Shown: positions 49,826 through 62,000 of the stretch, piece by piece | Layout: each line of letters begins with the position of its first letter | Position numbering within the stretch: position 1 is the stretch's first letter | Assembly: GCA_002633005.1 (NCBI GenBank) | Contig: NMRA01000056.1 | Location: 443,165-507,164, forward strand | Reading direction: 5' to 3' | Source: Phoronis australis | Lineage: Eukaryota > Animalia > Phoronida | DNA length: 64,000 bases | The notes under the pieces: generated by a model | What the model saw: only the letters and a program-made list of their open reading frames with translations | Database searches by the model: none | Told to the model about the DNA's origin: nothing | Translations under genes and position numbers: made by a program

Positions 49826-50524
49826 AGCTGCAGGTTTTTAGCTTTTCAAAACCATACACAATATTGTTTCAACAGAAATGCGCATTTTATAAAATGTTCA
49901 AGCGGTACAGTTGATAACAAAGATTTGATTTGTAGAAAAGCAAACATTCACTTAGAAACATATTGAAGTCTTGTCCCTGGGTGGTTAGGAAAATTCAACA
50001 TTGATGAGGTGAATCTAGAACTCTGATAAAACCTGGTCAATCTTGGACGATTGTTAAAATTGATCTATTTTCATTTTTCAAAACCTGACGTGATTACCCT
50101 CACAGGGATATACTTAGCCACTCGCCCAGTCGCCAATGCGAGTAAAAATGGTGCTGGGCGTGTAGAAGTTGACTTGCCGGTTGACCAGGTGGCGAGCGAA
50201 TTTTCAGAGAACAAAAGCCCTATATCATTTCCCAGGTGAACATGAATAAATTTTCTCCTCGTGCTGTTTTTATCATGAATTTAAGGTTCGGTTTGGCCAG
50301 TGTGTCGATGCTCCGGCAGTTAAAAACATTGGCACAGTGCGATCTTACCGATTCGTTGCGCGATTCGTGTAGACAAAAGGTCACAGTATGTGGTCGTGCA
50401 TAAAGGAATTTGTGGACTAGTCCAAAACGAAGAAAAGTGCTCACAGCAAGTGAAATACCATATTACTTGGAACTGATTTCTTATTTTTTTGTACATCATT
50501 TTAGGCAAAAATATTTTATAAATA

Positions 50525-51608
50525 ATAACATTCGCTGTAATAAGCGCCCATAAGCGTCCCCCACTCGTTTTCAGACTTTGCTAAAATAAGTGCCCAGTCC
50601 ATGAACGTGTACATATGCAAAAAATGCCTTACCTACAGTTCTAAAATTCTACAGTAATGTCTTCAATTTATCTATAATATCCGACAGTCTTGAAAAATCA
50701 TTGTGCGCGGAATTTCTAGACCACGAACCTCGCCGCTGTGTCGGTATTTAGCGATGGCTGTACACTTGAAACTTCCGCAGTGCTTTAAAAAGAATGCAAA
50801 AGTTTTGTTAATCAAGATGCGAGGAAGGTGTCCCACTATAGTCAGGCCTTTCAGAACAGACGCAGCGTACTGGTCAACGGGATTGTATTGTATCTTTCCC
50901 GAAGAGATCTTCTCCCTCAACAGGAATCTAGATTACTTTGTACACGTAAAAACCACGAATCGAACTTTGACCAACATTAATGAGCACGTGGCCAAGAAGT
51001 GTGCGCTAGGGCCTACATAATGTAGGCCTGCTACTCTGGCAAATGAACTCGGATGACACATACGCGCTTGCTCAGTCGGCGCACACCTGCAGGTTAACGT
51101 CAAAACAAATGTCACGTGACAACAACTTGTGTTCGTCCAGATTGTTTTCGTGTTGCGGGGTCTAGCGCAGATTTGGACTTAATCTGCGGTTAGTCCTGAT
51201 TCCACAAAAACTTAAAAATCCTAAGGACGGTATTTGGAAAACTTAAGGAGGATTTCAGGTAATTTGTTTAGTCGAAACTGTATTTTTACTCAAGAATTCA
51301 AGTTGCCCTATCGACGATCGCCAGGCAGCGACGCATCAGTCGGCAAGTCTTCGCCCTGGGAGTTCAGCATATTTTTTTAAAATGATCGTAATTTAACAAC
51401 AAAGTTTGATAGCAATGCACCACAGTTTTTTAGACAGTCTGTCATTGGTTACAGATCCAACACAGCGCGTAAATTTGATGAATCCTAGCTTCCAATTTCA
51501 CCCGTTTCGGAGACCGGGTTTCAACCACCTAAGGCTACAACAAGCGCCCCCCCCTTCCGAAAGGATTTTTTCTAAGCACCCTGGGCACTTATTAGGGCAA
51601 ATATGGTA
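50525..51608 (-). mobile_element. Tc1/mariner (pogo/Tigger-like) non-autonomous element carrying a HIRAN-like remnant
   Basis: Right end gggcacttattagggcaaatatgg-TA; degenerate left TIR ...taataagcgccc; taagcgccc subterminal repeats; partial copy at 58834-59090. Confidence 0.7.
50685..50966 (-). pseudogene. Decayed HIRAN-like domain
   Basis: SSIRGFYVYKVI*IPVEGEDL, then a frameshift, then NPVDQYAASVLKGLTIVGHLPR...FFLKHCGSFKC...GLEIP; follows the HIRAN pattern (RG..Y; NP.D..A..V....VG.LP). Confidence 0.7.
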
Positions 51609-51914
51609 GCCCTAATTGATGGTGACATCAACGCACGAAACTATTTTTATTTACACTGGTAGCAAGTTTGTGGTGTCCGACACAAACGGCCGGGCGACTG
51701 AACTTTGGGCTGGGCAAGTAGATCTTCTGGCTCACTCGCCCAGCTGGCGAGCAGGGTTTTGAAACCTGGGTATATCCCTGCCACTGTGGCTACAGTGTAC
51801 AGTTTAAAAATGATACTGAAGAATTGAACATTGAAAAATAAATATGCTTTTTGTTTTTAGTCACCTGACCATCCGGAGTCTAACATTATTCAATTATCTT
51901 TTCCATGTGAACAA

Positions 51915-52160
51915 TGTTCTTCAAAACAGAAAATTCAAACTCAACTGGAATTACTTGTAAAATTCATGTACATGTCCGAAACCCTGTGTCCATACTGCGG
52001 GGAATTTGTGCGTTAAGTCAAGGAATAAAATGCTACATAAAGTCCAAAATGTCCTAATTTGATTAAGAAATTGCTAATCTCCCAGCACTTCAGACTCGAC
52101 AGAAGTAAGCCGAACTCATTTAACAAAATTCAAACTGTTACAGTGATGAGTGGAGAAGAC
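51915..52160 (+). repeat. Dispersed repeat, inverted partner of about 57730-58025
   Basis: Shared blocks gttctt.aaaacaga.aattcaaact, ccatactg, gttaagtca.ggaa, aaagtccaaaatg, ctaatctccca. Confidence 0.65.
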
Positions 52161-54359
52161 CGACGAAAGATTTTTTGCACACCAATCACCATTCAGTATC
52201 AGTGATCAGTCTAGATTTCATAATGTCCACCTGGAATATTGTTCTAGTCTATGCAATTCGACCTCGAATCGTAACTTCATCAACCTGACTGCTCAGTTAT
52301 TTATGACCTAGAAAATGCGACCAGCCTACTGTTCAGTTGTGGCACATTTTCATGATTTGCAATTATTGTTTAGTGATCAGTTTTGACCAGAGAATTATTT
52401 TCAATTATAATTATGGCCTATGAGAGCAATTTGCCTAAAATGAGTCATGGCCTTGCTAATGGGCAAACAACTTTTTTCAGAAACAACGCATGTGTGATTG
52501 TTCAATGTATACCGTCACTGCATGTGTTCGTACGGCCACAGTCGATATGATAAGGATCTAGGAAAGCATTTTCTTGTGACGAAGTACATTTATTGGCCGT
52601 TAAGATCCCAAATTGACTTACGGCCAGTGTTGGAGCTTCAGCAAATAAATGTGCTGGCACGCTGGGCCAGTTACTTGAATATGAGACCACATCCACATAG
52701 GGCCTATATGTGGAGCTTTACTGGCCTGGCCGCAAATCCACTGTATTTGGACCAGTGTGAATTTCGAATGCTGCTTACAGCAATAAAATTGGTCTGAACT
52801 TGTTAATTTTTAGATCATACTCTGCGTATAAAATGCCATGACTAGCCAACTTGCGAAGCCTGACTTCGAGCAATAACAAACTGACAGTTCTGTGATTAAG
52901 GAACAGTTTGAGACCAATTTCATAACTGCAGGTGGTCTAAATCAAAGTTGTTTTTTGTGACCAAACGTGTGTTTACATCCTCTGTGAGTTTAATCTTTGG
53001 GCTGTGTTGGCATATAAAACCAAAATGACAGGCTGCAAGGAGTTATGGAGTACACTGAGTGGCTATTTTGGTAGTCGAATGAATTGAACTTGTTTTGGAT
53101 TTTGCTTCAAGTCAGTGGGGGGGATCACAGAAAGGTGACTGAAGCGTAGTTATTTTGGAGACAGTTCATTGTTAGAAAGTCCAGAGGGAAATAACTTGAC
53201 ACATTTGATACTCAGAATACTTTTATCGTTTAGTTGAGGGGAGTTCGTTATCGCATTTTCTATATGTAGACAATGCAGTGTTTGTCTTCTAGTCGTGAAC
53301 CCATCGTGCTGTCGATCGAAACCAAATCTACGGAGGAACAAGGTTCTAGTTCAGTGTTTTCAGTAACGTAAAGTTAGTTTTTATTCTGTACAAATTAGGT
53401 GTAACATAAAATAGGAATCTCGTGAACGTGGTTGTGCCAATTTATTTTCGATTTTCATAATGTGCAGTTTTATTTCAAAGTTACAAGCCGAATCGTGGAA
53501 TGGTGAGACCGACATAGATCCCTTGCTGAGCCCCAGTTCTGTCACCGCTCAAACAATCAATTCACTCTGAAATAACAAACGGTCAGAATTATCAACAACT
53601 TCAAATTTTAGGAACACTACGTCAGTTGTTTTAACGAAAATTTCGTCTAAAAACTGGAAGAAACTTGGCAGTGATTGGCACTGTGGTAAAGTCTTACCAA
53701 TTTTGAACAAAAATAATAGCCAAAATTGGTCATCTTTCATTTTTCAAAGACCTAATGCCCATAATCTCTCAGAATCATTGTTTGGTAGTAGCTATGGCAA
53801 GTTTAAAAATTAAGTAGCATGTCTATGGCTCTACTTATTATTTATGAAAAATAAATTTCAATTTCACCCATATTGTGTCCTAAACTTTTTTCAATTTTAC
53901 TGCTGTTTTGAGCTGATGATGGTAGGCAAAATGCTGCCTCTGTCCTACCTACCCCTCGGGCGCTGTGTCGAGTAAAATTCAATTGTGGGCGTGTAGTAAA
54001 AAGTGTACGCTCGCCCAAATAAATATGGTATAAGGGCTGATAAATTATCTCAACAAATGTGTTTTCAGTTCGAAACTAAGTGCAACCACTGCTATCTCGG
54101 GCGTGTTGCAGTCGAACAAACACATTATATTCACAGGTATAAAATAAAAATACAATACAGGGATTGAATTAAACTATTTCTTGAATAGAAAGATTTCCAT
54201 TTCTTTTCTGAACAGATCATGAACTTGAGACATCCACAATGAGCAGTTAGAGTGCACTACAGGCGGAGAAACACTTGGCAACACCGTGCCATTGTGTCCA
54301 TCCAGTCTTGTTGAAGAAACACGCTTGTGTTGATTGTGGAGGAATGAATTCAAAGGATA

Positions 54360-54692
54360 TTAAAGCTGCACTTTACGGTTTAGTTGGCCGAAGACGAAAG
54401 TCGAATTAGACCTTTAATTCTCATAAAATCAGTGTCATAACATTCCTTACCGTGATAGGATTCTATTTCCGGTAACAAACATCGAGACCGTCAGCGACTC
54501 AAAAACGTACTTTAAATTTTATTGGGGTTTTTCGACCCTAAAGTAGCGATTTCTTACACGTATTGCCTGTGTTTTGAGTTGCTCATTTGGCAACGATTCA
54601 AGATTGGATGAGGGTGGTAATGTCTTAAGAGCCCAGAGTGCTCCGGTTAAGAATGCAACATTGACAGCTAAAACTGGTGGACTGCCGCTTTA
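54360..54692 (+). mobile_element. TTAA-flanked Kolobok-like element
   Basis: ttaaAGCTGCAC ... CTGCCGCTttaa; left end homologous to 5540-5664. Confidence 0.5.
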
Positions 54693-56611
54693 AATTAATA
54701 CTATATTTTAATATGATAAAGCTTGGGATGGAGCTCATTCTCTCATGGATAAATACACTTATTTGGCCATCTTGTATATAAGTATAAAATTTATAAAGAT
54801 AAATAGAAACACTGGCATGTGAAAAGTCTAGAAACTTATTCACTTTACAGTCTTGGCGTGAAACACAGCAAGGAGGATAGATAAATGCTGTAGTAAAACA
54901 ACAAGGAATAGCTTATCAAAAAAACATAAATTTAAGTATTGAAAAATTCTCGTAAAAGTATCTAGCTGCATATTGTTTTAGGGGTTGTAAGGACGCCATC
55001 CATCTCAAAAGCCGTCTTGATTTTGACCACTCAACTATAATGGCTCCAAGATAGCATATGGTATTAAAAACAAGGACGGATTTAAACCAGCTTGACATGT
55101 TTCGGCATTTATTGAAACACCATCATCAGAAGAAAAAAGCAGTGGCCACCTTGCTAGGCCCAACAACAAGTAATGATACATGTCAAGCTGGTTTTAAATC
55201 CGTTGTTTTACTTAACCACAATGTAATAGGTCTTGACGTGCTTGTTAGTCAAAAGGTTTGATTTCTAAGCTTGGAAAGAACTGATAGTAATTGTTTGAGA
55301 CCAGGCTCTAAAGGCCCTTTCATATTGACTTAACTCCGGTCTGAGCAGAGCGTCGACGTAAACAGTGCAGTTAATTGGACTGTTCATACTGGCTTCGGTA
55401 GTTGATGAACATCGAAGTAAACTATGGGTGACGCTGTCATCATCGAAGGTATCGCAAGGTAGGGCTGAACGCTAAGATTTTTTTCAATGTGACAATGTGC
55501 TAATTGACATTAAACTTATTTTTAAATCGATTGGTTATTATTAGAGCAAAATATAAGCAGCTATTAGTGACTGCACTACCCTGTAATTGTTGACAATAAG
55601 AACTTTCCTATTTCAAAAGATACCAGTTGACTAGTCACAGGGTGTATCAAGCAGTGTCATTGACCAGTCGGTCATCTGAGGAAAGCAAATGTCTGCCACA
55701 GGTACCATGGACAATACTTCCCGACTGCCGATCTTGCTAGTGATATTGCGTACATGCTTGTACCTTATCTTATGTAGGAATTCACCTTTCAGTTGCAACC
55801 ATTCAAAAAGCTCAAATTTGGTCAAATTCCTGTTCGTTCTAAATTAGGTGATCATTTTAGAACGACAGATTTTCGCCATCTGTTTGCGAATTTTCTCAAA
55901 ATTTCACTGAAAGAACCGAAACCTAATAGAGAAAAGTGTCGATGTTCAAACAGTCCAGACTTGGTTCCAGTGAGTGATTTTTAATATGAATTAGTTTGTA
56001 AGTGGGTGTGGTGCATGAACTTTTTAGGGAAATCTGTCCGCGACTTTTGTCCTGTGACCCTTTCTCTTTCGCTTCAAAACACTGCATCTTTACTTCACGA
56101 GGCTTAAATGCAAGAACAGAAGAATTTCCTCCGGATTTGCCGGCCAGTTGCCATTAAATTTGCAATGACCGCTTATAGGGCGCGGAAAATTTTCCAGAAT
56201 TGCCCAGCGTTTTGCATAGACGCACTTGATTACATTAAGCCATTGTCTTTAATTGCTGAGGCGATGCTGGGTGGAGCGATATGGCAATTTAGCAAGAGAT
56301 CAACTTAATAATCTCAAGTGGTCTACTGGTTAATCAAAAATTATTTTCTTCCACGGAATGTGGGTTTACTGCTGTTTTAAAAAGAATTTTTAACTTTAGC
56401 TGAACACTTGCCAGCCTTTTTTCTGTAAGGTTGGTATAAAATATTGTTGGCTATGATTTGTTATGCAGTTCGGGCTATGGCTATGGTGATCGCAATTTTG
56501 CCGATTCATGTTTTGTCGAACTTGAAGAGTAGATAATGATTTGCACTTGAACTTAGGTTTCAACTGTCCAGTGAAGTAATAAAATCTTGCCTATTTAGGA
56601 TTCAGCATAAG

Positions 56612-56937
56612 TCTCGTCCACACACAGCCTACCCTAGAACAACTTGCCCTGGTGCAGCTCACTCCACTTCTAGGTGGAGCGTCCATACAACACTCGGACA
56701 CCTCTCATAACTAGGGTAAGGCGGACACTGTCGCTGTATGGGAATACGGCGCGCAAGAGAAAACCCTTCTATGTAACCACAGCCGATAATTACTTCCGCC
56801 TTGCCCCAGGTTTGCATCACAGCGATTAGAAGTGGCGCAAGTTACCTTAGAACAAGTTACCTAGTTTAAATAGCATCCATATAGCACTCAAACCTAGCGT
56901 CAACTCGTTCCAGGAGTAACTTGTTCTAGGTCTAGTG

Positions 56938-56981
<44 letters not shown>

Positions 56982-56989
56982 TGTGTGTG
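56612..56989. mobile_element. MITE-like inverted repeat ending in a (TG)/(TGCG) microsatellite
   Basis: cacacacagcctaccctagaacaacttgccctgg vs ccaggagtaacttgttctaggtctagtgtgtgtg. Confidence 0.45.
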
Positions 56990-57729
56990 GGATAATAGTG
57001 GGCAAGTAATATTTATTGTCTCCTTTAAGTAAGGCTTTACCATCTTCAAGTTACAGTAATTTCCATTTTTCAAATCCCGATTACTTTGCTCTAATTGTAG
57101 TACTGGTAATGGAAACTTTTATCAAGTTTTGTTTTAGGACATCTACACAGTACAAACCATGTTGGTAACAGGCTAAATTCTCCTTTATAGTTATTTTTGT
57201 CGAGAAATTTCACAAAATAGAATTTCACTCATTGGCCATGTGTAACTTATGCTACTGGACTTTTTTGCTCAGGGGAGGGGGGTATATGTACTTTAGACGA
57301 CTTGAGGGTGAAGTGGGTGCACAAAATCGTGGTTTGAAATTCACCATTTTGTATCCAACCCACTTAAAAAATTCCTTGTAGACTGCAAATGGTATGCCTG
57401 TGCCTTAACTATTCCCTGAGGGATTGTGACATTTTGCAAATGGGATATTAACTGCACTCAGTATTTCAATAGTCCGCTTATCAGATGTTGTCAGCATGTC
57501 TCTGGAGGACTCTAATGATTATCGAATCTGGCACCATGTGTGTATACATGTATATATGTAGGCAACCATCAGCCATGGGCAATCGATGAATGTGGAGCTT
57601 TAGATGGAAGTTGGATGACTGTTGTGACTTTGATTATAGTCGGCTGGTTTATTAGTTTTTATTTAGGCCACTTGCCTCTACTTGTTCCTAGTTTGCTTTG
57701 ATTGGAAGTGTTTCTGGTTTAGGAAGAAC

Positions 57730-58025
57730 TCTTCTCCACAACCTGTTTTGAGTGCATGGTCACTACGTCGAGTTTGAAATTTGCCGCGACGAGTTTGGCT
57801 TACTTGCCATGGACTTTGAAAATGTATGCAATAATTTTTGAAGTATTGGGAGATTAGTCATTTCGCAAATTAAGGCATTTTGGACTTTTGTTACCTGTCT
57901 TAATACACCTGTTCCATGACTTAACACACATGTAGTCCGCACAGTATGGGCATGGACCTTCGATCAGGTACAGGAATGTTGTAGTTCTAGTCAAGTTTGA
58001 ATTGTCTGTTTTCAAGAACTCTACA
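57730..58025 (-). repeat. Dispersed repeat, inverted partner of 51915-52160
   Basis: Same shared blocks as the partner copy, on the opposite strand. Confidence 0.65.
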
Positions 58026-58833
58026 TAACTAAGGATTCGTTGTTGCTGGAGGCACATAAAGTGACACACCTGTTCAAGCTTACTTATTGAAGTTCACGTT
58101 TGGGAGCTACAAGAAACTGCCAATTCTTCCATGTAGTCCATAAATTGCTTCTCAAATGTTTCTCTTTTGACCAAAAGCGGGTTTATGGGAGATTTTAGGA
58201 TCTTGGTATTTATTGTCAAATTGAAACCAGTTTTGTAACGGCAAATGATCTAAATCAAAGGTTGCGTTTTGACAGAAGGTCGGGATCCGTCCATCTGAGA
58301 CTTATGTTGATGTGAATTTCAAAACCAGAAGTACGTATTGCTGCTCGAGATAAACATTTTTATTTCTGATTTAGTTTGTGGTATTCCTTTTATCATTTTC
58401 CAGAAGAGCACATTGGGTTTGCCTGTCTGCTTGAAGACTGCTTTTATTGCTAAGCTCACAAAAGTCAAGTGCCTGTGGTTTCCGAACTCAGTTTTATGGA
58501 GGGGGGGGGGGCACTTATATTGGGGAGGTAAACTAGTGTGCTCTGCTCATGTGGGATGTGGGAATGTCCTACAAAAGGGTGGCGTTTCCCTGGTAAAGGG
58601 TTCAACGTGTCGATTTTTGAAACAAAAATTTAACAGAGGTTTGTTGTTTTGAAAAGAATGCAGTCCAAAGAGTTTTTACTTAATTTAAATTGATAAATTA
58701 GTGATTAGTGCTGTGATAAGTTAGTGGTTAGTGCTGTGATAAGTTTAAAACCTTATAACAGGATAATGTTGGGCAACAGATCTATTCTATGAAATGTTGT
58801 TTTTAATAGAAGCTGGTCTCTTTTTATAATGCT

Positions 58834-59090
58834 CACTGTATCCGCCCAAATAAGCACCCATGCCCCTATAAGCGCCCCCCACGTTTTTTCAGACTTCGCT
58901 GAAACAAGCGCCCAGCCCATGAACATGCGAAAAATGGCTTACCTACAGTCCTAATATTCTGCAGTAACCTTTTCAATTTATCAACAATTGAGATCCAGCA
59001 GTCCTGGAAATCATTGTGCATGGAATTTCTAGACCACCAGCCTCGCTGCTATGTTGGTATTTGGCTGTGATTATACACTTCAAACTTCGC
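58834..59090 (-). mobile_element. Partial second copy of the HIRAN-carrying Tc1/mariner-like element
   Basis: cactgtatccgcccaaataagcaccc TIR; aligns to about 50530-50778; minus strand encodes SLKCIITAKYQHSSEAGGLEIPCTM. Confidence 0.75.
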
Positions 59091-62000
59091 TGTTTCATTA
59101 TTGGAATAGTGCTGTGCAGTTGCCTCAAAAAACTCGATTTTATTCCGAGCCCTCAGCCATTAATATAAGTCTTTGAAAAATGAAAAAATGATGATTCTAA
59201 GACTTATGGTTGTTTGAAGACGCTTCTTCATGGCCAGTCTCCAGTATAGTGCAGATCAGAGATCCAATATGTGTCAACTGTGGAAATGGCTGTTGGCCAT
59301 TGAAGGGTTTGCACTCTGGATTAGCTATTGATTGGGGGGGGTCTGTTGTTGTGTTTTGTTCAGTTCATGCAGTGCGTATTTGAGGGCAGGCCAAAGGTTA
59401 AGGATTTGGTTGTCAACTGAGCTAAAGGCCCAATATTTGTTTGGTTACTTTAAACCAGAGTAGTGTGCCACCTGGTGGCGAAAATAGTACCATGCTGGTT
59501 GTAGCACTCGTTTCAAGGGGGATGTCATTAAATGGTGTTTGTAAACAAGGCCACCATTTTTAGTACTGGGTGTAGTGATTTTTTCACAAAAAATACAGGG
59601 GGAGGTAAATGAAAATAAATACCCAAGATAAATAGTAAACAGAAGATCCAAGGCAACAAACTTCCAAGTCGCACTTGCAGTGTTTTTTATGAAAACTGCT
59701 GTAGCCATTATTTTAAAACTTGGGTCATTTCAAATAAAAAAACCCAGAAATGAGAATTTGTTTTCCAATATCCGAAAATTCAGGGTGGCGGATCTGTAAA
59801 CTAAATTCTTAAAAAAGCTCAACTAAGAATGTTGGCAGTTCAACCTGAATAGTGATGTGACATTCAAAGTGGCATTGTGATGGTAATTATCAGTTCGCTA
59901 AGTCCGTCTGTGAAATTACCTCGTATTTCATCATGTGACTTTGGGTTGTGAGCCCCTAATGCTTAGAAGTCTTGGATTTCTGAATTGCCTACGAGTAAAA
60001 AATCTAATTCCATGCTTTAAGACTTCAAGCAATGATTCAGAATGGTGTATAACCACCTTTTTTGTTTGAATTTGACTTTACAAAAACTTAAACAGTCATA
60101 ATGGTTAATGTCCCAGCTTTTATACTTAATGTTATACCACAGGTGTCGGCCATCGCAATGGCTTTTTAAAACAATGTTCCAAGTGTTCATTGTTTGGGGT
60201 TAAAACAGAAATTTGCAACCTGATTCACTTGGTCATAGACGTTACTTTTATGTAGGTTTTTGTAAGTGTTTCACGAAATGAAAATCTATTTTCAACATTC
60301 CCAAATGCATCAAAGAGCAAAAGGTTAGAAAATGACCGAAACAGACTTGCCACTTGGGGACTGTCGGCATGATGTTTCTGGGTGCTGCTTGAGTTATCTT
60401 TGATACTGTTCTACTATTTCAGTTTAGAATGTTGGCAGCTTTGGGGATAGAGCGACTGAGGTTTGGTGTTTGCATGTGCAATGTGAAAGAAAAAATGCAA
60501 AGCTTCATTAACGATTTTTGGTGTCAAAAATAAGCTGGAAGATCCAATAGGTTTAGCACATTATGATTCTTTGACAAGACCATCCAAGTTCTTCTGTAAT
60601 GGTTAAGGTATATGCATGGTAAATACACAAATGAATCCGGGTCTATAAATGTAAACTTTTTTGTTTCTATGCACTAAGGAGCTGAAGGATTTGTAAAAGT
60701 ATGTTTTTATAGCTGTGGAAATGGGGATAATTTTGATATTTTGAACTACCCCGTTGTTGAAATATAACAGTTGGCCTATTTGGCATATCAATGTTGTATT
60801 CAGTTAGAAGCTGTGAAGGGTTGCAGTGAAAAATGGAATAATATTTCAGTATTGCATTTTTGAAACAAAATTCCCCATAGGTTGGCATTATTTTCCTTAA
60901 AGTCCTTGCGTATATTTGCGCAAGCCATGATGAATGCCTTTGTGCATTGCAGGCCAATGATGTCCACTGTTTTCTCAACTGTTGCCCTGAAATAATGTTT
61001 TTATAAATAGCCTGAATGCACCGGATGAACTCTAATGAGGGGCACGTGTTATAGTCATCATTCTGTTATTGACTTTGTGGTTTTGATTTGAAAGTATGTT
61101 CTCTTTTAGATGTGACTTAGATTTCTCTTCTAGTAGGCTTGAACTTTTCCTCTATTTGTGGTTGTACACCATTGTTTTGACCACCATTTCTAGTGCTATT
61201 AGCTGTGATAGAACTTGACATTTCCTGTTGTTTTTCTGACCGACTTTCATTGCCAGCACCATGTGCCTGTCAAACAAGGATGTATTAAAGTTACCTAGTT
61301 TACGTTGAGAAATAAACACTACTTGGAGGTTCTCTTCCTACTAATGTGGAGGGGGTGTTGCCTCACATTCTAAGTACAGACCAACTGTTTCTGGACCATT
61401 TGGAAATTTGGTTCCTGAGACAAATGCCAGAAAGTGTAGAGGTTGTAAACAATGCATATTTATACAGACAACCAGAGTTGGTTGTTCTAGCTAGCTGTGT
61501 ACGATACTTTTTGGGAGCTGAAATTCCGAAAACGGACGTGGACAAAAAGATAAAGACACTTTTCAGAGGAAGTCTGGGTCATATACTTTGAGGGCGGGGG
61601 GTTAAGCCAAGCATGGTTTGTTTCTGTAAAATTAAAGTGCAAGTACAAAGGAGCCATTATCAATTATGTGTGCTGAAGGTTTGAAATAATCATCAGTCCC
61701 CAAATAAATGGGTTGCTTTGAACTTTATCAGTTTCTTTATAAAAAGAACAATGGAAAAGGCAACTGTGGAAAACGTTTGGCAGGTCTTCAGTATTATCAA
61801 TCACCATCTTCGCAGTTTTCTCCCCAGGTGTCACTAGAGCTTGAACCAGCTGCATTTCTATCACTGTTCAGTCATTTTAAAAGGTCTGAATTTTTTAGCA
61901 ATGTTCATTCCAAGTAGCCAAGTATGAATTCCACATTTACCAGCCTAATGTATTTTACAAACCTACACACGAATTGGTCGTACGTACAAGTAATAATTTT

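Larger units (their letters stand above)
50103..51780. mobile_element. hAT-like non-autonomous element hosting a nested insertion
   Basis: 11-bp TIR CAGGGATATAC/GTATATCCCTG with ctcgcccag/ggcgag subterminal repeats at both ends; TSD not recognisable. Confidence 0.7.

Noticed and set aside
54069-54136. Candidate second exon for the MDR first exon
   Set aside because: Phase-compatible and open, but the donor is weak (GTATAA), the next candidate exon hits a stop, and the peptide is unrecognisable.
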